A stretch of 64,000 bases of DNA from Myxococcales bacterium. GTDB taxonomy: Bacteria; Myxococcota_A; Polyangia; Palsa-1104; JAEUJZ01. Below, piece by piece: positions 7,777 to 18,032 of the stretch (positions within the stretch are counted from its first letter, which is position 1; every line of letters starts with the position of its first letter). The notes under the pieces are model-generated. The model saw nothing but the letters and a program-made list of their open reading frames with translations, made no database searches and was not told where the DNA came from. Location: positions 130,550 to 194,549 of the forward strand of contig JAEUJZ010000023.1 of assembly GCA_016794505.1 (NCBI GenBank), given 5' to 3'. A program made the translations under genes and the position numbers.

Positions 7777-9857
7777 AGGACGCCGACCGGTCCAAGGATC
7801 CGCTGCTTGCAGGCCTGTCTGATGAGCAAGCGGCCGTCGTGCTGTCGCCTCCCGCGCCGCTTTTGGTCTTGGCTGGCGCAGGCAGTGGCAAGACCCGCGC
7901 GCTGACGCATCGAGTGGCCTATTTTCTTTCGCACGGCGTCGCGCCCGAGCGCGTTCTTTTGGTGACGTTCACCAACCAGGCCGCGCGTAGCTTGCTCGCT
8001 CGCTTGTCCGCGCTGGGATGCGGTCGTGCTCTGGCCGATCGCGAGTCGCTGTGGGTCGGAACGTTTCACCACTTGGCGCTGCGTGTACTGCGTGTGCATG
8101 GCTATCGCATGGGTCTGCCCGAGCGCTTCGTGGTCCTGGACCGCAGCGAATCGAGCGATCTTTTGACCAGTTGCATGGAAGACGTGCAGCCGCCGCGCTC
8201 GTCGCTGCGCGAGCGTCCCTGGCCGCGCCCTGGTCAGCTGCAGTCGCTGCTTTCGCTGTCGCTAAACGCCGAACAGACCCTGGAACAGACGCTGTCCAGT
8301 CACGCGCCCGAGCTTCTGGAATCGGTCTCGCAGCTCTCGCAAGTCTATGATCGATACACTGCGCGCAAGCTGCGCATGGGGCTGTGCGACTTCGATGATC
8401 TCTTGCTGGGTTGGCGACTTTTGCTGTGCGATCAGCCTGCCGTTCGCGACGAGCAGCGCGGTCGCTTTCAGCACCTGTTTGTCGACGAATTCCAAGACAC
8501 CAGCCGCATTCAGTCCGCGATCGTTGAAGACATCGCGCAGGGCTATCGCAGCGTGACCGCTGTCGGAGACGACGCGCAGTCGATCTATGGCTTTCGTGGT
8601 GCGCACGTTGGCAACATCCAAGGCTTTGCCAGCCGCTGGCCCGATGCGCGTGTGTTGTATCTGTCGACCAACTACCGCTCAGCGCCCGAGATCGTCTCGC
8701 TTTCGAATCAGTCGGTGGCCCGCCATGCCGCGGCCTTTGCTCCGCGTCCGCCGATGCGCTCGGGACGCGATGACGCGCTCAAGCTGTCGCCGGCCTTGGT
8801 GGCGCTGCCCGATGTGCGCCTGCAAGCGCGCTTTGTCGTACAGCGAATTGTCGAGCGCATCGCTGCGGGCGTGCCGGCTCGCGACATCGCCATCTTGTAT
8901 CGCAGCCATCGCCACGCACGCGAGCTTCAAGTCGAGCTTCTGCGCTGTCAGCTTCCCTTCGTCGTGCGCTCGGGTCAGCGCGTCAGCGAACAGGCCCACG
9001 TGCGCGATGCGCTGTCGTTCCTGCGCCTGTGCCACAACCCACACGATCGCATCGCATGGACGCGCATCCTGCGTCAGGTCGCGGGCCTTGGCGACACCGG
9101 TCGCGCTCGCATTCTGGCCGAGCTAGACGAGCAGCTTGCGGCGGGTGTCCCGATCCCGGATGTAAGCGATCGCCTGCTGCGATCCGTTCGCGGGGACAGC
9201 AAGCGCGCTCTTCTGCGCATGTTCGCGCTCTTGGCGGAGCTTCGCGAGCTTTCCCGTCGCAGCCAGCCCAGCGATCAGCTGCCAGCGCGCCTGCTTGCGC
9301 ATGTCATCGAGCGCCACTATCACGACTATGCCCAGCGCGCGTTCGCCGATGCCGAGCAGCGCATCACCGATCTAGAAGGGCTGTGTCGCACGTCGAACGA
9401 ACGCGCTACCGGATCGAGCGGATCGAACGCGCAGCAGGCCGCGCTGCCGCTTGGACCCAGCGATGTCTTGTCGGCATTTTTGGCCAGCACGACGCTCGGC
9501 GAGGCGCGCGATCCTGGAGCGCGCGACGATCGGGATGCCGTGGTTCTTTCAACCGTTCACCAGGCCAAGGGGCTTGAGTGGCGCTTGGTCTTTGTGATCT
9601 GGCTCTGCGACGGTCACTTTCCGGCCGCACCGGCCTTGCCCGATCCGCGACGCGCCAGCGATGCCGCGGGACTCGCCGAAGAGCGCCGCCTGTTTTATGT
9701 CGCCATCACGCGAGCCCGCGACGAGCTTTACCTGTGCTATCCGCAGACCAGCGGGCAGAGTGGCCTGCTGCGTCGCTCGCGATTCCTCGACGATCTCGAC
9801 GATCCCACGGCGCCGCTTGAGCGCTGGCGGATCGAAGTAGAACAGCCCGGCGCCTAG
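7773..9857 (+). CDS. uvrD: UvrD/PcrA/Rep-family ATP-dependent DNA helicase (superfamily 1)
   Basis: Walker A is LAGAGSGKT. Motif III VDEFQDT is present, and other SF1 motifs run through to the C-terminus. Confidence 0.8.
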   Translation: MKDADRSKDPLLAGLSDEQAAVVLSPPAPLLVLAGAGSGKTRALTHRVAYFLSHGVAPERVLLVTFTNQAARSLLARLSALGCGRALADRESLWVGTFHHLALRVLRVHGYRMGLPERFVVLDRSESSDLLTSCMEDVQPPRSSLRERPWPRPGQLQSLLSLSLNAEQTLEQTLSSHAPELLESVSQLSQVYDRYTARKLRMGLCDFDDLLLGWRLLLCDQPAVRDEQRGRFQHLFVDEFQDTSRIQSAIVEDIAQGYRSVTAVGDDAQSIYGFRGAHVGNIQGFASRWPDARVLYLSTNYRSAPEIVSLSNQSVARHAAAFAPRPPMRSGRDDALKLSPALVALPDVRLQARFVVQRIVERIAAGVPARDIAILYRSHRHARELQVELLRCQLPFVVRSGQRVSEQAHVRDALSFLRLCHNPHDRIAWTRILRQVAGLGDTGRARILAELDEQLAAGVPIPDVSDRLLRSVRGDSKRALLRMFALLAELRELSRRSQPSDQLPARLLAHVIERHYHDYAQRAFADAEQRITDLEGLCRTSNERATGSSGSNAQQAALPLGPSDVLSAFLASTTLGEARDPGARDDRDAVVLSTVHQAKGLEWRLVFVIWLCDGHFPAAPALPDPRRASDAAGLAEERRLFYVAITRARDELYLCYPQTSGQSGLLRRSRFLDDLDDPTAPLERWRIEVEQPGA

Positions 9858-10004
9858 GACGCATTCGCCCGGCCCGCGGAGCAACAAACGAAAAAAATCG
9901 CTTGACCCCTAAGCCCGCGTTTTGATACCTGTTACAGCCGCCTGGACGCGCTGTAGCGACTGAACTTTGTAGCGACACACCGTCCCCAGCCTGTAACGAA
10001 GCAA

Positions 10005-10076
10005 GGGCGTATAGCTCAGTGGTAGAGCATCGGCCTTACAAGCCGGGGGTCACAGGTTCAAGCCCTGTTGCGCCCA
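10005..10076 (+). tRNA. tRNA-Val (anticodon TAC)
   Basis: The cloverleaf was folded by hand: 7-bp acceptor GGGCGTA/TGCGCCC, D-arm GCTC..GAGC, anticodon loop CTTACAA, T-arm ACAGG TTCAAGC CCTGT, discriminator A. Confidence 0.85.
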
Positions 10077-10118
10077 CCCAGGAAGTTCTTTCAAAACTCA
10101 CGCAGTACGTCCCCATTT

Positions 10119-10195
<77 letters not shown>

Positions 10196-10202
10196 ACAGT
10201 GA

Positions 10203-10245
10203 AAAGCCTCTCTTCTCGCCGAAGAGAGGCTTTTTGCTTTTGCCC
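10203..10245 (+). terminator. Rho-independent terminator after the tRNA pair
   Basis: A 13-bp perfect stem AAGCCTCTCTTC..GAAGAGAGGCTT is followed by TTTTGCTTTTG. Confidence 0.8.
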
Positions 10246-10329
10246 TTGAAGGGAAGCCCGGCGCTCAATCGGGGGGCGCAACGCGGGGCTCTGTCCCTTT
10301 TTTGTCACCCGCTGCCGGACTTGCCCGGC

Positions 10330-10995
10330 TTACCACTGGGCGGGTTTATGGATCGGGCCTGCGAGCGTTTGGGGCAACGGGCGGCGCGCAAGCAGGTTGT
10401 CACGGATGGGCTTTTGGAACGTGGCCACGGCCATCCGTTCCTGACTGGCGCGCCGGCCGGACCGTGAGATCGGCAAGATGACTCCGACCGGCAGCTTCCG
10501 TTCATGGCGGACCAGCTCGATCGGCGTCTTTAGGTCAGAGTCATTCGAGAGGATGACGGCCTGCTCAGAGTCGGCCTTGAATGCATCGAGCAGGAGAGAG
10601 GCGGCGATGTTGACAGCGGAGGCCTTCTCTTCGCTCTTTAGCACTCGCACCATGGGCGAACCCGAAGGGGGCGGCACGGCCAGCGGCATCCTGACGGCGT
10701 GCAACAGGTCGTGTCCCAGATGGAAGCGGACGCCTGGCAAGGTCTGGATGGCCCGCAGATAGGCTTCCTGCCGAGCTGGTTGTGCAGGGTCGAACGGGCG
10801 TGCGCTGACCTTGGCGGTGAAATAGCGGATGCGGTTGATCCGGTGGCCTGGAAGCAAGCCCTCGCAAAGCGCCCGAATGTCGAGCGTGTCTTTTGCCTCA
10901 GACGAAACGCGGTCCACCAAGGCGGGTCTTCGGGGCGCAAGGAGAGCAGGCGACGCGTCCCGTGACCCGGCAGGCGTGATACAACCGTCGGCCAT
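10330..10995 (-). CDS. NYN/LabA-like domain protein (predicted RNase fold)
   Basis: The NYN-like core reads VILSNDSDLKTPIELV. The N-terminal boundary is uncertain. Confidence 0.45.
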   Translation of the reverse strand: MADGCITPAGSRDASPALLAPRRPALVDRVSSEAKDTLDIRALCEGLLPGHRINRIRYFTAKVSARPFDPAQPARQEAYLRAIQTLPGVRFHLGHDLLHAVRMPLAVPPPSGSPMVRVLKSEEKASAVNIAASLLLDAFKADSEQAVILSNDSDLKTPIELVRHERKLPVGVILPISRSGRRASQERMAVATFQKPIRDNLLARRPLPQTLAGPIHKPAQW

Positions 10996-13333
10996 GGCAG
11001 CGTGGCTGCGGGTGACCTATGTGATGGCCAAGCGCGAGCTTTGGGCGTATGCGCTCTCGCCGGTCACGTACGTCTTAGCGACGCTGTTCTTGCTGTCCCA
11101 GGGCTATTCGTTTTGGCTGCTGTCGCACAGCTTGAGCGCGCGGCAAGCGAGCCTAAGCACGCTGCTGGCCTATTTCTTTGGCGGCACGTTTCTGTACTGG
11201 TTCTTTCTGCTGTTTCTGATCGCGGTGCTGACCATGCGCCTGTTTGCCCCGTCGCAAGAGGGGGGCGTGCGGCGCAGCCCGCGCGAGCTGCTTTTGTCAA
11301 CAGCTGCGCCCGAGGGCGCACTGGTGCTGGGCAAGCACATCGGTGCCACGCTGCTTTATTGCGCGCTGTGGGCCCCGACGGCGACGTTGCTGCTGCTCTT
11401 GCAGCGATACGGCGGACAGGCTGCGACGCTGCCCGGCGTATCGATTTTGTGCGGATATCTGGGCGTCTTTCTAACCGGCCAAAGCGCGCTGGCGCTGGGC
11501 CTTTTGGTGTCGGTGCTGGCGCCAAGTCAGCTGCTGTCGGCAGCCGCGAGCTTTGTGACGCTGAGCCTGCTGCTCTTGGCAGGTCTTGCTGCGGATGTGC
11601 AGAACGCCACGCCGTGGTTGCAGGCCTTGCTCGCTTCCATAAACCCGCTGTTCCACATGGACGAGTTCGCTCGCGGCATCGTCGACTCGCGACGCGTGGT
11701 CTATCACCTGGGGACCGCGAGTTTGTATCTTTTCGCAGCGGCTTGGCTGTTGCGCGTGCGGCCAGGGAACTGGCGTGGGCTGCGTCGCGCTTGGCTGCGC
11801 ATCGCGCTTTCGGCAACGATCTGCGTCGGCGTCAACGTGGTGGCGGCCCGGCATCCGCTGCGCAGTGATCTGACGCAAGCGCGCGAATACCGCCTTGCGC
11901 CCGAGCTTGTAGACACCCTGCGCAGCCTGCCCCAGGTCGTACAGATCATCGATCTGTCGGCGGGCCGCGATATGAGCGACCGCGATGAGCTCGATGTTCG
12001 CTGGCGCGAGACGCTGCTGCGTGCTGAGCACACCGCAAAGGATCGCTTGAGCGTCCTGCGCGTGGATCTCGATCGCCAGCGCGAACACGTGCGCCTCTTG
12101 GCCGAGCGCTATCGCGTCGATCGCGATGAGCTACGCCAGGGAGTCATCGTCGTCCACGGCGAGGCAGAACACCGAGCAGGCGACCCGCGAACGCCGGGTG
12201 ATCCAGGATTCGGGCGCAGCGCAATCATTCGCCGCGATCAGCTTGCCGACTTTGAGCGCAGCGACGCACAAAGCAGCACTGCCGCGGCAAGCAGCGAGCC
12301 AATTCTGATGCGCTATCACGGCGATGCCGTGCTGGAACAAGCGCTGCGCACAGTGACCAGTCGGCGTACGCCCAGCGTCTGTTTTACGCGCGGGCATGGC
12401 GAGTCCGAACACGACAGCCTGACCGCGTCGGGTGGCAGCGAGCTGACTTCTGCGCTGCTTCATGAAAATCTGACGGTCCGCGCCTTGGGATCGCCGCAAG
12501 AGCTTGCCGCGCTGACCGCGCAGGACGGCAAAACGACCTGTGATGTGGTGGTCGTAAGCGGTCCCGAGCGGCCGTTTCTGCCCGAGGAAGTCACGGCCCT
12601 TTCCGCATTTCTGGATCACGGCGGGCGCTTGCTGGTGCTCACCGGAGCCTTGATGGACCGCGAGCTGTCGCGCTTTCTCGACACAGGCCTAGAGGACCTG
12701 CTTTCGCAGCGCGGCATCGCAGTGGGCCAGGCCGTGGTCTTGGATCCGCCGCAGCGGCTCGGCGACAGCTTGGCTTTTGTCGTCGAGCAAGGCTATGCCG
12801 CGCATGCGGTGACCTTGCCGCTGCTCGGCCGCCGGACGCTGTGGCCACTGGCCCGCCCGGTGTCGGTGCAGCAAAGCCGCTTGCCGAGTTGGCAGGCGCA
12901 GGTCCTGATCCACACCAGCGAACAGGGGCTGGCAGAGTCAAACCTGGCGCGTCTGCGTGTCGCCCGCAGCCAAGCGGCACCGACGGATGTCGACGCGATC
13001 AAGACGGCCCTTGCGGCGGGTGTGCAGCCCTTGGCCGTGGTCAGCGAGGCGCAGCGTGGAGGGCGAGCCGCACGCGTGGTCGTGCTGGGCTCTTCGCAGC
13101 TCGCGTGGAACGACACGCTGGTGCTGTACAACCGCGATTTGCTGGTGTCCTCGATCAAGTGGCTGGTCGACGCGCCAATCCGTCGTACCGGCGCCGCCAA
13201 GCAGCCAGGGCAGGTCCGCTTGGTGCTGACGTCTGCTCAGCAGCAGCGCATCTTCGTCTTTTCCGTCGTGGGCCTGCCGTTTCTGGTTCTGTTGCTGGGT
13301 CTGGGCGTTCGCTGGCTGCGCCACGCACCATGA
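10994..13333 (+). CDS. Fusion of ABC-2-type permease (GldF-like) and GldG-like auxiliary/periplasmic component
   Basis: The N-terminal 300 aa have six hydrophobic helices typical of ABC-2 permeases. The long C-terminal domain ends with a TM anchor, as in GldG. The start is moved to MAAWL. Confidence 0.5.
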   Translation: MAAWLRVTYVMAKRELWAYALSPVTYVLATLFLLSQGYSFWLLSHSLSARQASLSTLLAYFFGGTFLYWFFLLFLIAVLTMRLFAPSQEGGVRRSPRELLLSTAAPEGALVLGKHIGATLLYCALWAPTATLLLLLQRYGGQAATLPGVSILCGYLGVFLTGQSALALGLLVSVLAPSQLLSAAASFVTLSLLLLAGLAADVQNATPWLQALLASINPLFHMDEFARGIVDSRRVVYHLGTASLYLFAAAWLLRVRPGNWRGLRRAWLRIALSATICVGVNVVAARHPLRSDLTQAREYRLAPELVDTLRSLPQVVQIIDLSAGRDMSDRDELDVRWRETLLRAEHTAKDRLSVLRVDLDRQREHVRLLAERYRVDRDELRQGVIVVHGEAEHRAGDPRTPGDPGFGRSAIIRRDQLADFERSDAQSSTAAASSEPILMRYHGDAVLEQALRTVTSRRTPSVCFTRGHGESEHDSLTASGGSELTSALLHENLTVRALGSPQELAALTAQDGKTTCDVVVVSGPERPFLPEEVTALSAFLDHGGRLLVLTGALMDRELSRFLDTGLEDLLSQRGIAVGQAVVLDPPQRLGDSLAFVVEQGYAAHAVTLPLLGRRTLWPLARPVSVQQSRLPSWQAQVLIHTSEQGLAESNLARLRVARSQAAPTDVDAIKTALAAGVQPLAVVSEAQRGGRAARVVVLGSSQLAWNDTLVLYNRDLLVSSIKWLVDAPIRRTGAAKQPGQVRLVLTSAQQQRIFVFSVVGLPFLVLLLGLGVRWLRHAP

Positions 13334-14859
13334 TGCCGAACGCGTCCTTGTCGCCCCCTGCGCAGGCCATCTGCGACCTGCGTCGCCGCGTGACGGTGGC
13401 CTTGAGCCTGCTTCTTTTGATGCTCTATCCGCACAGCGGTGCCTTGGGCTTGGGCTCCGCGCCGCTGTTTCTGGCGTGCGTGTATGCCTTTTTCCGCATG
13501 GGCTCGACGCTGCGGATTCAGCCTGCGTCCTCGCTGGGCTTTTCGCAGGACGCTCTGGGCGAGCGTCCACTGCTTCGCACGCTTGTGATCGTGCTTGCCG
13601 TGCTGCAGGTGTTGCGACTGCCCGGCGATGCGCTGCACGCTGAAACCTCGCGGCTGCCGCACAGCCTGCTTGCCATCTGGCTTGCGGGCGTTGGGCTGTG
13701 GGCGACGCGACGAGAACGCGCGGCCTCGCCGGCTGCTTCGCGGGCTCTGGCTGCTGTCTGCGTGCTTTCGGCAGGCACGGTCTTCGCCTATCTGTTGCTT
13801 CACGCGCCAAGCCCGCGCATCGATGTGTTTGAGCTGCAGCAGCGTGGCGCCGCGCTCGTGTGGAGCGGCCAGAATCCGTACAGCGCGCTCTATCCCAACC
13901 CGTATGATCCCGTCGAGACAACCGCTTTTTTTGGCCACTACTCCGCCACGCTGGATCATTATCCGTATCCGCCGCTGTCTTTGCTGCTGACCGCGCTCGC
14001 GCATCGCCTGACCCATGATGTGCGCTGGTTGTTTCTGCTGTCTCATCTGCTGATTGGCTGGGCGCTGCATCGGCTTTCACAGCGGGTTCAAAAAGCGCAG
14101 CCGTCGAGCTTCGATCGCGGGCTTGTGCTTCTGTGCATTCATCTTCTGCATCCGCGCGGCTTTCTGGTGATCGAACAAGCCTGGACCGAGCCGCTTGTGG
14201 CGGGAGCCATCTCGCTGTGGGCCCTTTTTCGCGCGCAGCTCAGCCAGCGTTTAGAACCCGAAGCGCCGCGGCTCGCCTCGCGCGTTTGGGTCGTCGCAGA
14301 CAGCCTGCTTTTGGGGCTGGCCATCGCGTGCAAGCAGTACGGGCTGCTGTTGCTTGTGCCCTTCCTGTTTCCGTCGCTGTTCGCGTGGACCTCGCCAGCC
14401 TGGCTGTCGGCGCAGCGACGGCGCGCGTTCCTGCTTGCTCTGCTGCCGCTTGTCGTCAGCTATCTAGCGTTTGCCGTCGTGCAGCCAGCCGACTTCGTCG
14501 AAGATGTCTTGCTCTTTCAGATCAAGCAGCCGTTTCGCAGCGATGCCTTGTCACTGCCCGCGCTGTTTTATGCGGTCAGCGATGTAAAGCTTCCCGGAGC
14601 CGTCGCCGCCATCGGCATTTTGCTGCCGCTTTCGCTCGTGTGGCGCAAGCGTCCACCGGGTCTGCCCGCGGGTCTGCCCGGTCAGCTCGTGCTGGCTAGC
14701 TTGCTTTTGTTTGGCTTTTTTGCGACGGCGAAGCAGGCGTTCTGCAACTACTACTACTTGGTGGGGGTGTTGCTGCTCTTGACGCTGGCGCAGCTCGACG
14801 AGGCAGCGGATGCAGAGGCTAGTGATACGCCAAGCCGACGTCCGCCGCTTGCTTCTTGA
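13330..14859 (+). CDS. Polytopic membrane protein, putative GT-C-type glycosyltransferase (GT87/DUF2029-like)
   Basis: It has about 12 hydrophobic helices and an ATGA overlap with the upstream gene. The GT-C assignment is weak. Confidence 0.35.
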   Translation: MMPNASLSPPAQAICDLRRRVTVALSLLLLMLYPHSGALGLGSAPLFLACVYAFFRMGSTLRIQPASSLGFSQDALGERPLLRTLVIVLAVLQVLRLPGDALHAETSRLPHSLLAIWLAGVGLWATRRERAASPAASRALAAVCVLSAGTVFAYLLLHAPSPRIDVFELQQRGAALVWSGQNPYSALYPNPYDPVETTAFFGHYSATLDHYPYPPLSLLLTALAHRLTHDVRWLFLLSHLLIGWALHRLSQRVQKAQPSSFDRGLVLLCIHLLHPRGFLVIEQAWTEPLVAGAISLWALFRAQLSQRLEPEAPRLASRVWVVADSLLLGLAIACKQYGLLLLVPFLFPSLFAWTSPAWLSAQRRRAFLLALLPLVVSYLAFAVVQPADFVEDVLLFQIKQPFRSDALSLPALFYAVSDVKLPGAVAAIGILLPLSLVWRKRPPGLPAGLPGQLVLASLLLFGFFATAKQAFCNYYYLVGVLLLLTLAQLDEAADAEASDTPSRRPPLAS

Positions 14860-16312
14860 CCGTCGCGCGAATGCTGCCATCAAAGCTCTTGGCGGGGGCC
14901 GCCGCTGCTTTGCTGCGCAAGAACGCATCGCGCTTGGCCGAGACGCTGTTGATCTCGTTCAAGATGGCGCTGCGATCGCTCTTCTTTTTCTCTAGCGCCG
15001 CCTGACGCTCGGCGGCGGGCAGCGCGGCCAGATCTTCGGGCAGCTCGCTTCCCGATACGCGGTTTAGATCGACGCGCTTGTTTGCCACATCGTCCAAAAG
15101 ATCACCCTCGCTGACGGCGGCGGCTCGTCCGCGCGAGCCCATCAGACCAAACCAGCCCGCGCGCTCGGCTTGGGCTGCCGCGGGTGCTTCTAGGCTGTGC
15201 TTGGCTTTGCTGGCGACGCTGGCGCGCTTGTCGGCGCTGCCATATGGAACGGCCGTCTCGGTCAGCGCGCGGTTCAGGCGGGCGAGCTCGCCATCGTACG
15301 GAGTGCTGGTCTCGACCATGCCGCCGCTTTGTTCCACGCTGCTGAATTCACCGCCGGCCCGGTTGGCGATGTCCAGCCAAGCGACGCGCGTGGTCTCGTC
15401 GCTGCCGCAGCGGACGGTGTTGATGCGAATGCCGCGCGCCCGCGCGTGCTCGGCGATGGCGCGGTGATTGAAGCCGTCGTTGTAATCGGTGTGCGGCGGA
15501 GCGTCACCGACCAGATAGACCAGCTTGAGGGCGTTCTTGTTGCTCGACCAGTTGGCGCGAAAGACGGCATCGTGCAGGGCCTTGGCGACGTGCTCGGGTG
15601 TGTCGCCGCCGCCGCCGGCATGAAACGACGACAGGTTCTGATACACCGCGTCCAAGTCGTCGCTGAGGTCGAAGAACTTGGTGATGTACTCATCGCCGAC
15701 GTCGCGATACGCTACCAAGCCGATGCGCAGCTCGGGTGCGGGCTGACCTTGCGCGATGAAGCGTGCGATTTCCCAGATCTTGCGCTTGGCACCATCGATC
15801 AGCGCGCTCATCGAGCCGGTGGTATCGAGCACGAACACGACATCAACCTGCGGCCGAGCCGCGCTGGGCATCAGCACCTGCGGCGGCTTCGGAGGCTCGG
15901 GCGGTGGCGTGCTGCCGCTGGGGGGACGCGGCAACAGAGCCAGCGAAGCCCACAGCGCCAGGCCTCCGGCGCCGCCCACGATGGCATACGTCAGCAGCGG
16001 ACGCGGCGAGCGAGGACTGGCCGCACTCGCTGACGCAGGCGGCGTCGAAGCGGCGGGGCCGGGCGCAGCAGCGCTGGCTTCTGCTTTTGGTTTGGCGCTG
16101 GCCTCAGCCGACGGAGCGCTTTCCGTGGGCTTCGTCGCGGGGGCTGACGACGACGCATCCGCGGACGGGGCACTTGTGCTCGGCGATGTGGCGTGGCTGT
16201 CGCTCGGACCGGGACCCTGGCTCTGCATGGCGGCTCTCCTAAACCTGCGCTGATCGGCAGCGGGGGGTGATTGCTCGCTATCAACGAGCCCGCCGCCGAA
16301 ACGATCTGACAT
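14819..16312 (-). CDS. von Willebrand factor A (vWA) domain protein with Pro/Ala/Ser-rich N-terminus and TM segment
   Basis: A MIDAS-like motif VDVVFVLDTTGSMS is followed by a vWA fold. The N-terminus is low-complexity. The N-terminal boundary is uncertain. Confidence 0.6.
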   Translation of the reverse strand: MSDRFGGGLVDSEQSPPAADQRRFRRAAMQSQGPGPSDSHATSPSTSAPSADASSSAPATKPTESAPSAEASAKPKAEASAAAPGPAASTPPASASAASPRSPRPLLTYAIVGGAGGLALWASLALLPRPPSGSTPPPEPPKPPQVLMPSAARPQVDVVFVLDTTGSMSALIDGAKRKIWEIARFIAQGQPAPELRIGLVAYRDVGDEYITKFFDLSDDLDAVYQNLSSFHAGGGGDTPEHVAKALHDAVFRANWSSNKNALKLVYLVGDAPPHTDYNDGFNHRAIAEHARARGIRINTVRCGSDETTRVAWLDIANRAGGEFSSVEQSGGMVETSTPYDGELARLNRALTETAVPYGSADKRASVASKAKHSLEAPAAAQAERAGWFGLMGSRGRAAAVSEGDLLDDVANKRVDLNRVSGSELPEDLAALPAAERQAALEKKKSDRSAILNEINSVSAKRDAFLRSKAAAAPAKSFDGSIRATVKKQAADVGLAYH

Positions 16313-16392
16313 CGCGCGCTGGGCGAGATTTTCGCACAGGCAAGCTGGTCAGCCACCGACGACAACACGCGATCGCGCAGGCGCGCGAAAGC

Positions 16393-16857
16393 TCAGGGTT
16401 CTTTCAGGAACGACAGCAGGCGCAGGCGCACCGGTTCGGGAAGCTGTTCAAAGCGTACGCCCGTGGCCCGCACGGTTGAGCCATCGGGCGCGGCTCGTTC
16501 AAAGGCCACTTCGCCCGCGACTTCCAGCACGTCGCCATCGTTGGGAAGCTGAAAGGCCAGGCGCAGCGGCGTGTGCTGCGGCAGCACGGGATCCGCGGCG
16601 TCGCAGCGACGCCACAGGAGCATTCCACCCAGCCCCAGATCGGAAGACTGCGCCAGATGAAGCTCGGCGGGATGTTCCGGCGTGGCCAGGATCTCTTGCC
16701 GGACCGCCACCGACAGAGGCTGGCGCGGCGATCGGCGCCGATCGGCTCCGCGCGTTCGCCGATCGCTGCTGCGTCGCTCGTGGCCAAGGCCATGGCTCGA
16801 CGAGGAAGCTCGCTCTGACAGATCCCGCGGGGGCGGCGAAGGAGTCATGTAGGCCAT
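16393..16857 (-). CDS. PilZ-domain protein
   Basis: RRSPRQP and DLGLGGM motifs are present. A start at MAYMT is preferred. Confidence 0.55.
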   Translation of the reverse strand: MAYMTPSPPPRDLSERASSSSHGLGHERRSSDRRTRGADRRRSPRQPLSVAVRQEILATPEHPAELHLAQSSDLGLGGMLLWRRCDAADPVLPQHTPLRLAFQLPNDGDVLEVAGEVAFERAAPDGSTVRATGVRFEQLPEPVRLRLLSFLKEP

Positions 16858-16906
16858 GGTAGGACATTCGGCGCGGCGAGCCAATTCCTTCTTCGCTTCG
16901 CCGGCT

Positions 16907-18022
16907 CTACTTCAGCGCGCGAACGGCCGCTTCGATCTCGTCCTCGCCATGGACGCCGTGAAACACCCGCCGCACGACGCCGCTCTTGTCGACCAGCACC
17001 AAGTGCGGAATCGATGTGACGTGGAAGGGCGCTGCGGCTTCGCCGTTGTCCATGCCCACCGGCAGCCCCAGGCCAAAGCGCGCGACAAAGGCGCGGGCAC
17101 CCATGACATCGCCGCTGGTCTCGACGGCGATCGCGCGCACGCCGTCCGCCTGCAGGCGCTTATAGACGCGATCGACGATGGGCAGCGACTGCTTGCAGGG
17201 ACCACACCACGTCGCCCAGAAGTCGATCAGCACGGCATGCCCGCGCTGCGCCGACAGATTGAACTCTCCGTCGTTGTTGAGCAGCGGCACGACCAAGCTG
17301 GGCGCTTGCTTGCCGGCTTTGGTGGTCTGGGCGCGCTTGCTGAGCAGCCATGCGCCGTCATACACGGCCAGCGAAAAAAGAGCGGCCAAGAACACACCAC
17401 CACCGACGGAAAATCGCGTCTTGGGACGCGGCGAGGGCTGCGCATCACCGGCAACGAGCTGCAGCGACTCGGGCGCCGCTTGACTCGCTGTGCCGACGGC
17501 AGGCGCGGAAGGAAGCTGCGACAAGACCTGACGCAGTGAAAAGAAGCCGATCAGCCAGTACAGGCCCCAGGCGGCAAACGCCGTCGCCGAGATCGCGCTT
17601 TGCACGCTGGGGCTGGGGGCGTACTGCAGGATCGCGCAGACCAGCGCAGCGACGGTCTGCACCGACAGCCAAGCCAGCCAGCCGTTCGCGCTGACATCTG
17701 CAGTCAGGCCGGACCGCAGGGTGCGCTCACGCGAGCCGAGGGCGAGCGACAGGACGACGCCGCCCAAAAAGATCCCCAGAAGATCGATCGACAGCGCCTG
17801 CATCAGCCCTAGAAGCAGCGAGCGGGTGTCGTCGCGGATGAACAGCGGCGCCTCACCGGTCAGCAAGCGCAGTGGAAACAGCCACAGCACATCGCCCAGA
17901 CCTCCCGCCGCGCCGGCAGCCAGGGCTCGGGTCGCTTGCCTGGGGGAAAGCAGGGCTCGCCCCAGTCGACCCAAGAAGCCCAGGTCAAGGACGCTGGGCA
18001 GCGAAACAGCAGAGGAGGACAT
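16907..18022 (-). CDS. Membrane-anchored TlpA/ResA-like thiol-disulfide oxidoreductase
   Basis: The N-terminal part is a multi-TM domain. The C-terminal thioredoxin fold has WATWCGPC. The start could be 18067. Confidence 0.6.
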   Translation of the reverse strand: MSSSAVSLPSVLDLGFLGRLGRALLSPRQATRALAAGAAGGLGDVLWLFPLRLLTGEAPLFIRDDTRSLLLGLMQALSIDLLGIFLGGVVLSLALGSRERTLRSGLTADVSANGWLAWLSVQTVAALVCAILQYAPSPSVQSAISATAFAAWGLYWLIGFFSLRQVLSQLPSAPAVGTASQAAPESLQLVAGDAQPSPRPKTRFSVGGGVFLAALFSLAVYDGAWLLSKRAQTTKAGKQAPSLVVPLLNNDGEFNLSAQRGHAVLIDFWATWCGPCKQSLPIVDRVYKRLQADGVRAIAVETSGDVMGARAFVARFGLGLPVGMDNGEAAAPFHVTSIPHLVLVDKSGVVRRVFHGVHGEDEIEAAVRALK

Positions 18023-18032
18023 GCGCGTTAGT

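Noticed and set aside
10196-11000. Integrated mobile element or genomic island at the tRNA-Asp 3' end.
   Set aside because: No integrase, transposase or tRNA-3'-end direct repeat is seen. The downstream genes have the same GC and codon bias as the surroundings.
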